Of a DNA stretch of 64,000 bases, positions 9,293-17,005 are shown piece by piece. The notes beneath the pieces are model-generated. The model worked only from the letters and a program-made list of their open reading frames with translations. It was not told where the DNA came from and searched no databases. The DNA comes from Alphaproteobacteria bacterium. Lineage in GTDB: Bacteria; Pseudomonadota; Alphaproteobacteria; UBA7887. The stretch lies in NCBI GenBank assembly GCA_965216755.1, contig CBDCGL010000011.1, positions 4,384,001 through 4,448,000 on the forward strand, read 5' to 3'. Each line of letters starts with the position of its first letter. Position 1 is the first letter of the stretch. A program made the position numbers and the translations under genes.

Positions 9293-10411
9293 TTAGAGCG
9301 GCGCGGCTTCGTTACGATGGCGGTCTGACCAATGTGGCGCCGGCGCGGTGTCGGTACCGAGTAGGCGCCGCAGGATCTGTTCGCCAACGTCCGCGGAAAC
9401 GCCATATAGGCCTGGCGTCGTGTTAACATCATTGATTGCGGGTTGGCACCGGTCGGGCGGTAGAGCAATGTCCTCGACAATGATATCGACGCCGCACAAT
9501 GTCGACGACATCACGTGGGCGGCCTGGATCGCCATCGCAAAATACGCGGGATGGGTTTGTGCGGTGACATCCTCGGCGACGCCGCCGCGATCAATGTTCG
9601 AAGTTGATTGCAGGCTGACGTGACGTCCCGGTTCCGGCACACTGCGGAGGTCACAGCCGGCTTTTGCCAACATCGCCTTTGTTTCCCGGTCCACTGGAAT
9701 TGGGCAGAATTGGCCGATCGCGTCGTTGGTGTCGCTGAGCGCCAGATTGCGCTCGTTGATCAGATCCACGATTGCGCGTCGACCGTCGCCGATCACATGC
9801 GCCGGGACACCCCGCATCACCGACAAAACGCGACCGTCCAAAACGCTGAGCCGATGCGCAAACCCTGGGACGACGGGCTCGATCATCACCTCATGGCTGT
9901 GCATTCGCGCGCGGATGAAGGCCTTGCGAAAGGCGCGCCGGGTGGAAACACCGACAGTGACGCCCGCACCGCCGGTACCATCGATGGCCGGCTTGACCAC
10001 GACCGCCTCGCCCAAACGCTGAAAATGGGTGGTAGCTTCGGCATAGCGGTCGAGTGTGAAACAGGCGAAGTCCGGTACCGGAAGGCCGTTGTCGGCTAGA
10101 ATCCTTGATGTGAGCGGCTTGTTTGCGCACAGCGAGTGGGCAATCAGCGTTTCAAAGGAAAACTCCGCCCCGCGGCACAAGGTGGTGCGACCATTGTAAG
10201 TCAGTCGCAGGGTGCCGTAGCCGATCGGCTCGGACGTTACGCCACAGGCGCGCGCCGCGGCGGCGATGATGGCGTTGTTCTTGGCCAAAGCGTCGGCGTG
10301 CGGTGGCCGGGGAGGGAGACCGCGCAGTGGGTCCAGGGACGCGCGAACCCGCGCGGCCATGCGCCGCAACGCGATTTCGCCCAGCATCGATGCTGTCCCC
10401 ACATTTCGCAT
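9293..10411 (-). CDS. ATP-grasp ligase resembling the cyanophycin synthetase / GshAB ATP-grasp module
   Basis: NKPLTSRILADNGLPVP, VVVKP...GAGVTVGV, PAHVIGDG, SNIDRGG, CGVDII, DVNTTPGL. No Mur-ligase domain. Start uncertain. Confidence 0.8.
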   Translation of the reverse strand: MRNVGTASMLGEIALRRMAARVRASLDPLRGLPPRPPHADALAKNNAIIAAAARACGVTSEPIGYGTLRLTYNGRTTLCRGAEFSFETLIAHSLCANKPLTSRILADNGLPVPDFACFTLDRYAEATTHFQRLGEAVVVKPAIDGTGGAGVTVGVSTRRAFRKAFIRARMHSHEVMIEPVVPGFAHRLSVLDGRVLSVMRGVPAHVIGDGRRAIVDLINERNLALSDTNDAIGQFCPIPVDRETKAMLAKAGCDLRSVPEPGRHVSLQSTSNIDRGGVAEDVTAQTHPAYFAMAIQAAHVMSSTLCGVDIIVEDIALPPDRCQPAINDVNTTPGLYGVSADVGEQILRRLLGTDTAPAPHWSDRHRNEAAPL

Positions 10412-10662
10412 CTTTCGACCCCGCCCACCGTTGTGCGGCAATGTGCCGCAGTCACGATCCTTGCAAAGAAAACAAATATGGCGCGCGACCATCACGGCCA
10501 GCCGTCGCCGTACCGGGCCTGGCATGCGGATCGTGTGACCGCCAACACAGCTTGCGCGATTTGCCCGCCGAGCGGCTGAAACTCATGGTATATCTGACGG
10601 TTAGGACGGGGCCGGTCAGGCCTGCTCCGGCACATTCAGAAATGGCTTCGACAGGTGGTGAC

Positions 10663-11211
10663 ATGAGTAAAGTCGAAGATCTTCGGGCCGACGTGGACGA
10701 TGCATGTCGGCGCTTTTCCGACATCGACGAACATTGCAAGGACTTGAGCCGGCGCTTGGCCGAGGTCGGCTCGATGGTGGATGACGGGATTAGGCAGAAA
10801 TCCCAGATCTTGGCATTGCAGCAGCAGATCGATTCTCTGGAAGCTGAAAACCAAGAGTTGCGGGACATGGTGACATCGTTGATTGGCGCGGCGCGCGGCG
10901 CATCTTCGGATGCGCAGCTCGATGATCGGGTTGCGGCGATTGAGGACGGCTTGTCAACGCTGGTCGCGAATAGTGGCGACCACCCGTGTGAGCCGGTTGC
11001 CGTGTCAGAACCCGAGATGCAGCCGTTCGAAGAGCTGGCGGAATCGATTGACTCGGCGCCCGCGATCGACATCCAGACCTATCAAGCTGCCGACGACGAA
11101 GACGTTGATGGCTACGATGACCCGATTGTCGAAGACGGTGACCACGAAAGCCTGCAACCGGGCGGCACCGCCTTCTCCAAAATCCGTAAACATATCGGTC
11201 GGACGCGCTAG
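10663..11211 (+). CDS. Coiled-coil acidic hypothetical protein
   Basis: AGGTGG RBS; heptad-rich ILALQQQIDSLEAENQELRDMV; acidic tail; followed by a terminator. Confidence 0.7.
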   Translation: MSKVEDLRADVDDACRRFSDIDEHCKDLSRRLAEVGSMVDDGIRQKSQILALQQQIDSLEAENQELRDMVTSLIGAARGASSDAQLDDRVAAIEDGLSTLVANSGDHPCEPVAVSEPEMQPFEELAESIDSAPAIDIQTYQAADDEDVDGYDDPIVEDGDHESLQPGGTAFSKIRKHIGRTR

Positions 11212-11234
11212 GGCTATTTCGTCGTGGCGCCCTG

Positions 11235-11280
11235 AGCCTGTCATGCGCACATGCATTCGCATGACAGGCTTTATCTATTT
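11235..11280 (+). terminator. Hairpin terminator
   Basis: AGCCTGTCATGCG-N10-CGCATGACAGGCT, a 13-bp stem followed by a T-rich tract. Confidence 0.7.
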
Positions 11281-11292
11281 GATATCGATCAA
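11279..11292. promoter_or_regulatory. FNR/FixK-type binding box
   Basis: TTGAT-ATCG-ATCAA is an exact match to the TTGAT-N4-ATCAA consensus, about 120 bp upstream of the methyltransferase. Confidence 0.6.
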
Positions 11293-11410
11293 ATTAACTC
11301 CATTCAAACGACTCAGTTCGAACGGACATGGATCTAGTTGACGCCAGCAGTCGTGCTACGCCATTGTTGCCCCATCGATGTGTCAACTGGTTGCAAACGG
11401 GATGGGCCTT

Positions 11411-12094
11411 ATGGCGGCCGTCAACACGGACAAGGAATTCTTTGGCGATCGCGCGGATAGTTTTGAGAACTTCATTCCGCGCATTGTCCCTTATTACCAT
11501 GAGGTCAATCGACTGCTGCTGGACCTTTTGCCGTTCCCATCCAAACAAGTGCTAAAGGTGTTGGATATCGGCGCCGGGACTGGCGTGCTGTCGCGTTTGG
11601 TGCTTGAACATTATGCGAATGCGCAAGTCGTTGTGACCGATGCCTCGCCGCAAATGGTCGACACATGCGTTGAGACCTTGGCGCCGTGGCAAGACCGCGT
11701 GCGCCTTCGGCAAATGCTCTTTCCTGAGGGCGATCTGGACGGCCCTTACGATTTGGTGGTTTCCAGCCTGGCCATTCACCACCTGGAGGATGCCGACAAG
11801 GCGCTCGGCTTTCGGCGCCTTTTTCAGGTGATGAACAGTGGCGGCGTGGTCATGGTCCGCGACTATGTCGCTGCGCCAACGCCAAACTTAGACCGCACTT
11901 ACGAACGGCTATGGCGTGGCTTCGTCGACGCGCATGGCCAAGACGACCTGAGTTGGTTCGAGGCGCACCGTGCCGATGATCGGCCGGCGCCGGTCGACGA
12001 CCAGTTGACGTGGCTGCGCGACGCCGGCTTTGCCGACGTCGCGTGCCATTGGCGTTACCTCAGCTATGCCTTGTTTGGGGGCCGCAAGCCGTGA
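11411..12094 (+). CDS. Class I SAM-dependent methyltransferase (CmoA-like/Methyltransf_25)
   Basis: VLDIGAGTG, TDASPQM, YDLVVSSLAIHHL, QLTWLRDAGF. Confidence 0.9.
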   Translation: MAAVNTDKEFFGDRADSFENFIPRIVPYYHEVNRLLLDLLPFPSKQVLKVLDIGAGTGVLSRLVLEHYANAQVVVTDASPQMVDTCVETLAPWQDRVRLRQMLFPEGDLDGPYDLVVSSLAIHHLEDADKALGFRRLFQVMNSGGVVMVRDYVAAPTPNLDRTYERLWRGFVDAHGQDDLSWFEAHRADDRPAPVDDQLTWLRDAGFADVACHWRYLSYALFGGRKP

Positions 12095-12275
12095 GGAGCG
12101 CGGCCAGCTGAGCGGCGTCTGCCGCGATCGCGGCGAGACCGGGATGGGTTTCGTTAAGTTGCCGTCGGCGTAGGGCCGACAGCATGGAATCATCGTTCAG
12201 ATACTCCTCCATTTCGCGCCGCAAGCTGGAAAGCTTGCGTCCAAGTGTCAGGATTTCGTTTTTCTCCGTAATCAT
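12060..12275 (-). CDS. Small helical hypothetical protein, 71 aa
   Basis: Strong RBS GAGGGAG before ATG 12275; MITEKNEILTLGRKLSSLRREMEEYLNDD...; 3' end overlaps the methyltransferase stop. Confidence 0.55.
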   Translation of the reverse strand: MITEKNEILTLGRKLSSLRREMEEYLNDDSMLSALRRRQLNETHPGLAAIAADAAQLAALLTACGPQTRHS

Positions 12276-12379
12276 ACTCCCTCTTTCGAACGACCTGCCC
12301 GCGTGGCTTGCCGTGATGGCCCGTGCGGGACGTGTGAACGTGAGTGATCCCCACCATGCCGTGATCCGCGTGCCCCGGC

Positions 12380-12395
12380 CGTGATCGCGATCACA
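12380..12395. promoter_or_regulatory. CRP-family box candidate
   Basis: CGTGA-TCGCGA-TCACA, a 9/10 match to TGTGA-N6-TCACA, in a divergent intergenic region. Confidence 0.4.
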
Positions 12396-12593
12396 TCCTG
12401 CGGGCAAGTCCGCATGAGGTCACATTTCATGCCCAACAGCCGTCACAACTGCTGGTCGTTTCCTACAAGTGTTTGAAAATTAACTAATTAATCCCTGCGG
12501 ACATTATGTAAGTAAATGCTATCGCTTTATGAGTCCGTTTGTCGTAGGATGGTGGTTGGAATTGCTGTTCACATCGATCGAGGGAGCCGCGCC

Positions 12594-13262
12594 ATGGATA
12601 AGTTTGTTCTCGACGCCGCGAGCGAGAGCTATCGGCAGAAACGTGAGGCGCTGCGCCGGGCGGAGATCGCCCTTAAGGAGCAACGCGAACAAGTCGCCGC
12701 CCTGCGCCGAGAACTTCCCGACGATACGCCGCTGGCACAGGACTATGTTTTCACCGAACCCGATGGCGACGCCACGCGGCCAGTGCGGCTATCTGAGCTG
12801 TTTGAGCCAGATCGCGAGGCTTTGTTGGTGATCCACTTTATGTGGGCGCCAGAGAACGATCAGCCGTGTCCGATGTGCACCATGTGGGCCGATGGCTACA
12901 ATGCGGCTGCGCCGCATGTGGCACGCACCGTGCCGATGGTGATCATTGCCAAACAGGACGCGCAGACACTACGCACGAACGCCGACCGCCGCGGCTGGCA
13001 TGACCTGCGTGTTCTGTCCAGCGGTGGCACCAGCTTCAATAAAGATTTTGGCATGGAGATGGATGACGGCAGCCAGTTGCCCGGCGTCAGCGTCTTTCTA
13101 AAAGGTGCCGACGGCCAGCTCCGCCACTTTTACACTGGCTCGGCGCTGCAAGGCGACGACCACTATCGCGGGCTTGACCTGTTGACGCCAGTTTGGAGCA
13201 TGCTCGATCTCTTGCCCAACGGTCGTGGCGATTGGTTTCCCAGCTTATCATACGACCAGTAG
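12594..13262 (+). CDS. DUF899 family thioredoxin-like protein
   Basis: ALRRAEIALKEQREQVAALRRELP, HFMW...PCPMCTMWADG, SFNKDFG, PGVSVF, RGLDLLTPVWSMLDLLPNGRG. Confidence 0.9.
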   Translation: MDKFVLDAASESYRQKREALRRAEIALKEQREQVAALRRELPDDTPLAQDYVFTEPDGDATRPVRLSELFEPDREALLVIHFMWAPENDQPCPMCTMWADGYNAAAPHVARTVPMVIIAKQDAQTLRTNADRRGWHDLRVLSSGGTSFNKDFGMEMDDGSQLPGVSVFLKGADGQLRHFYTGSALQGDDHYRGLDLLTPVWSMLDLLPNGRGDWFPSLSYDQ

Positions 13263-13296
13263 CTATTTGTTCGCGATCTAAGCGACGCACGTGGTA

Positions 13297-13363
13297 CTAG
13301 GCCATTTTCCGATCATTCTGGTTCATATCCTGAGTTTGCGAAATAGTGGGCGCATTGAGCTGG
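13297..13363 (-). mobile_element. IS630-family right-end remnant
   Basis: Minus strand encodes PAQCAHYFANSGYEPE*, like the IS630 transposase C-terminus ECANYFxxxGY, then TGATCGGAAAATGGCCTAG as terminal sequence ending in CTAG. Confidence 0.7.
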
Positions 13364-13631
13364 CGCAAAAGCTTCTCAGGCGCTATCGATGGCCGGCCCA
13401 TATCCGAATAAACCGAGCCAAACTCCGCCGGTAAATTCTCAACCACATCGTTCACGATCACCCGGATCAAGCGCAAAGGGTGCTTCTTCGCAACCCGTGC
13501 CTCGAGATCCGCATAGCCAAAAAAGATCACCGCTCCGACCGTCCCGACCACGCATCGCATCCCCCCATCCTGCTCTACCAGCGAATCATGACACCGTGCT
13601 TAAGACGCGTCGTTTTTCAGCAGCCTGCTAG
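13364..13631 (-). mobile_element. IS5-family left end with truncated, frameshifted transposase
   Basis: CTAG followed by the IR CAGGCTGCTGAAAAA; MRGRDGRSGDLF/(+1 T)/GYADLEARVAKKHPLRLIR...GRPSIAPEKLLR, then breaks off. Confidence 0.8.
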
Positions 13632-14812
13632 AGTTGGGTGACGGCGACCTCCGCACCCTTGCGTTCCGCCGACAAGTAACCGCTGTAGATCGCCGCGATG
13701 CAATCGGCGGCCAACCCGGAATCGCTTTCGACCGGGTCGCCGTAGGCCACAGTGCGGAAAAAGGCTTCGACCTCTTGCGGGAAACCGGTGAAATGGTCCT
13801 CGTCCGGCGCGGTGAACGCCCAACCCTGCTTGGTGCCCGTTTTCTCGACCACATAGATGTCGTCGAAATTGGCGTCGACCGGATTGTAGGTCTGCATGGC
13901 CGTGTTGGGATTGATGTTGCACACCGCGCGATGGTTGTTGGCGGCGACCTCCAGCCAATTGTGAATACCGCCCATGACGATCTCCGAGGCGAAGATATCG
14001 GCGATCGTGCCATCATCGAACGTCACATGCATGATCCCGAAATCTTCGATGTCGTGATAGTCGGTGCGCAAATGCCCTTGGTCGATATAGCTAGGCAAGC
14101 GGGTCAATTCGTGGGTGCGGGCGGTCACCGCCTTGGGTCGTATCGGTCGGCCGTCGCGGGCCCGGCCCTCGACGCGTTTCAGATAAAGGGCCGCGGTCAG
14201 CGGATGGCAGGCCTTGCCGATCATGGACCCACCGCCGGCGAGCCGCCAAAAGCCATAGGCCTGCGAATGTGATCCGGAATGGGCTTCCTCGCCATGCATC
14301 CATAGGATTTGCGCACCGGTTTTCTCGATGATTTCGCGTTCCTTTTGAATCGCAGGCGCGTAGACCCAGTTCTCTGCGTAAAGAATCTTGGCGTCGCTCG
14401 CGCGCTCGGCCGCCAGCATGCGCTCGATGCTGGCCAGTGCGTCGTTCAACGCTTTTTCTTTCGATGCCGTGCGGCCATCGAAGTCGTCGCGCCCGTCGCC
14501 GAACGCACCGGTGAGAGGTTTTTCGACGACCGCATATTTGTTGCGTTCCAGGGCGGCGACCGCGACGGGTTCATGGGCGGCCGGCGGCGCGCAGACATGG
14601 ACCACGTCGACTTGATCGAGCAGGCTGTCTAGATCTTCGCACACGGGAATCCCGCGCGGTTCGGCAAAGCGGCGCGCGTTCGCCGTGGTCGGCGAATAGA
14701 GGCCAACCAAATCCACATTGGTGCCGAAAACCCGCTCCATGGCTTCATAATGCAGCGAGGCCGCGAAGCCCGAGCCGACAATGCCCGTCCGCACAGTTTT
14801 CTTGCCAAGCAA
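13628..14812 (-). CDS. Gfo/Idh/MocA family oxidoreductase
   Basis: GIVGSGFAA Rossmann motif, VVEKPLTG, YAENWVYAP, GGGSMIGKACHPL; probable TTG start after a GGAGG RBS. Confidence 0.9.
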   Translation of the reverse strand: MLGKKTVRTGIVGSGFAASLHYEAMERVFGTNVDLVGLYSPTTANARRFAEPRGIPVCEDLDSLLDQVDVVHVCAPPAAHEPVAVAALERNKYAVVEKPLTGAFGDGRDDFDGRTASKEKALNDALASIERMLAAERASDAKILYAENWVYAPAIQKEREIIEKTGAQILWMHGEEAHSGSHSQAYGFWRLAGGGSMIGKACHPLTAALYLKRVEGRARDGRPIRPKAVTARTHELTRLPSYIDQGHLRTDYHDIEDFGIMHVTFDDGTIADIFASEIVMGGIHNWLEVAANNHRAVCNINPNTAMQTYNPVDANFDDIYVVEKTGTKQGWAFTAPDEDHFTGFPQEVEAFFRTVAYGDPVESDSGLAADCIAAIYSGYLSAERKGAEVAVTQL

Positions 14813-14848
14813 TAGACCGCCTCCCAACAGTTGTGTGCCTATGTACGT

Positions 14849-15697
14849 CTATTTTGCAAGATATTCATACATGCCTTCAACGTTCAAGGGCGCCCAGTCA
14901 TCGTAGCGGCCCCAATCCTTGAAGGCGGTCATGTCGACCTGCCGTTTGGTATCGTCCAGCGACCGCCCGGCGCCAACATGATCGGAGACTTGAGCATAGA
15001 GCTGTTCGATATACTGCCGATGGGGCGCCACATCGTCGGGCGTGCCGATCGCGCCATGTCCCGGTGCCAGAATATCGTATTCCAGCGCTTCGAGTTTCTT
15101 CAGCGCCTCGATCCATCCCTCGATGTAGGCATCGGGAAAGTTGCGATAGGGCACGCGGTTGACGGTTACCATGTCGACCGCGAAGACGATCCGTTCCTCG
15201 GGAAAGCGCATAACGATCAAATTGTCCGAATGGCTTTGCCCCAGATAAATCAACTCAACTGATTTGCCGCCCAGCGACAAAGTCATGCGATCGCTGAACG
15301 TGAGGTCGGGCAGGGCCGTGGGATGCTGCCGTTCGATGATTCGCTTTTTCGCGTTCTCATGAGCGACGACTGTGGCGGTGTCGGCGAAGACTTCGCCGCC
15401 AGCGATATGGTCGGCGTGGTCATGGCTATACACCAAATAGCGGATCGGCAGTCCGAAGCGCTTGTCTATTTCAGCTTCGAGCCAGGTGGCGGCATCGGCG
15501 TTGATCGGGTCAGTTGCGATGACGCCGTCAGGCGTCACCATAAAAACCGAGTAGTGAAAGTTGTTCTGGAAGCGATAAACGTCGCCCGCGATGTTGGTGA
15601 TGTCGCGGGTCACCTCGTCCTGCGCCTGAGCGTCTGACAGCCCGGCAGTTGCGAGTAATGCTAAGCCCAACATGGCGTTCTTCAACCCATGGGTCAT
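14849..15697 (-). CDS. Secreted MBL-fold metallo-hydrolase (cyclase-like)
   Basis: Signal peptide; YSHDHADHIAG (HxHxDH), SHSDN, APGHG. Confidence 0.9.
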   Translation of the reverse strand: MTHGLKNAMLGLALLATAGLSDAQAQDEVTRDITNIAGDVYRFQNNFHYSVFMVTPDGVIATDPINADAATWLEAEIDKRFGLPIRYLVYSHDHADHIAGGEVFADTATVVAHENAKKRIIERQHPTALPDLTFSDRMTLSLGGKSVELIYLGQSHSDNLIVMRFPEERIVFAVDMVTVNRVPYRNFPDAYIEGWIEALKKLEALEYDILAPGHGAIGTPDDVAPHRQYIEQLYAQVSDHVGAGRSLDDTKRQVDMTAFKDWGRYDDWAPLNVEGMYEYLAK

Positions 15698-15789
15698 GGC
15701 GATACCTCCTCGATCACTGCGTGTGTTCCGTCCGAATCGAAGAAACGATAGCTATAGACAGGTGACAAGTCGAGCCGCCGGCGTGCCGA

Positions 15790-16425
15790 TCACAAGATGA
15801 TGTGCGAATCACAATATCGGTGATAGCGCTGCACTTTCGGCTTGTCTCGGTCTTCCACGCGCACGTATTGGATCGACGACTGACCAAGCAGGGCATTGGG
15901 CAGGATCATGACGCGGATGAAGCGTGTCGGGCGCGCCGCATCGGCCTGTGCAAATACCTCCTCCGGACCGGATTCGAACCAGGCCTGACCGGGTGCGTAT
16001 GTCGTCGACACGCCGCCGGTATCTATCCGAATGGAGCCGTACAACAGGCAGCGGATTCCGGGGCCCTGATGGGTATGCGTATACGCGCACCCGCCAGCCG
16101 GAAACCAAACCGAATCGCAGCGCATCAGCCAAGGTGCGACAGGGTCTTGTTGTGGCAACGTCACCTGGTCATCACGCATATGACGGGTGTTGCCCAGATC
16201 AACTGGTTGACCGGATTCGCCATGAAGCTCCCAGCGCCACAGGGTGGCGTCTTCGTTGGCCGCGATCCTGACTGCGCCGGCGCCGAACCATGCCTCGTCC
16301 TCAACGCAGTTGTTGTCATCGATGTCAACCCGACCGCTCACCACATAGACGACGCGATTCGTCGCAGATAGCACAGTGGTGATGCCGGCGGTCACGCGAT
16401 CTTCGCTCAGCGTCAAGCGAACCAT
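15790..16425 (-). CDS. Cupin-domain protein
   Basis: RCDSVWFPAGGCAYTHTHQGPGIRCLL...WFESGPEEV...FIRVMILP. Confidence 0.8.
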   Translation of the reverse strand: MVRLTLSEDRVTAGITTVLSATNRVVYVVSGRVDIDDNNCVEDEAWFGAGAVRIAANEDATLWRWELHGESGQPVDLGNTRHMRDDQVTLPQQDPVAPWLMRCDSVWFPAGGCAYTHTHQGPGIRCLLYGSIRIDTGGVSTTYAPGQAWFESGPEEVFAQADAARPTRFIRVMILPNALLGQSSIQYVRVEDRDKPKVQRYHRYCDSHIIL

Positions 16426-16428
16426 GGC

Positions 16429-17005
16429 CTAAGCGACATGCCGCATCATCAACAGGGCGTCGCCGGTCGCCCGTATGAGTGCGTGCGGGGCAATCGCACG
16501 CCGGTCAATCATGATAGCCGTGGCGTTCATAAAGGCGTTTCGCGCCTTGGTTTTGTTCGAACACGATCAGGCTGAGTTTGTCGAGGTTCATTGTGCGGGC
16601 ACGTTCGACGGCGCGTTCCAAAAAGACCGTGCCAATGCCACGGCCGCGGACGGAGTCCAATGTCGCCACACCCGATATGTAAAGGCTGCCCGGCACTTCA
16701 AGTTCAGCATAGGGTCGCAAGATGGGATCGGGGTTTTCGTCCTGGTCGTCGTCATGCGATGCCATCGCGAAACTGTGTAGCATGCCGACAACGCGTTCAT
16801 GGTGCGTTGCGACCAAACAGTTTTCAAACGAAAAATCGACTCCGTCTCGCGCGTATCGGCGTTCGCCGACATCCAATAGAGATTCACCGGGTCTTGCCAG
16901 CAAGGTCCATATGTAGTCGGCGACACCGTCGGATGAGATCTGAAACAAGGCGGCGATGGCGCGGCTGTCCGCGCGTGTCGCAGGTCGATAATCGAATTCG
17001 GTCAT
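16429..17005 (-). pseudogene. GNAT N-acetyltransferase with a frameshift near the C-terminus
   Basis: LYISGVA...RGRGIGT...LSLIVFEQNQGAKRLYERHGY. The frame stops at 16505, but the expected tail IDRRAIAPHALIRATGDALLMMRHVA* continues in a shifted frame to the TAG at 16431-16429. Confidence 0.75.
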
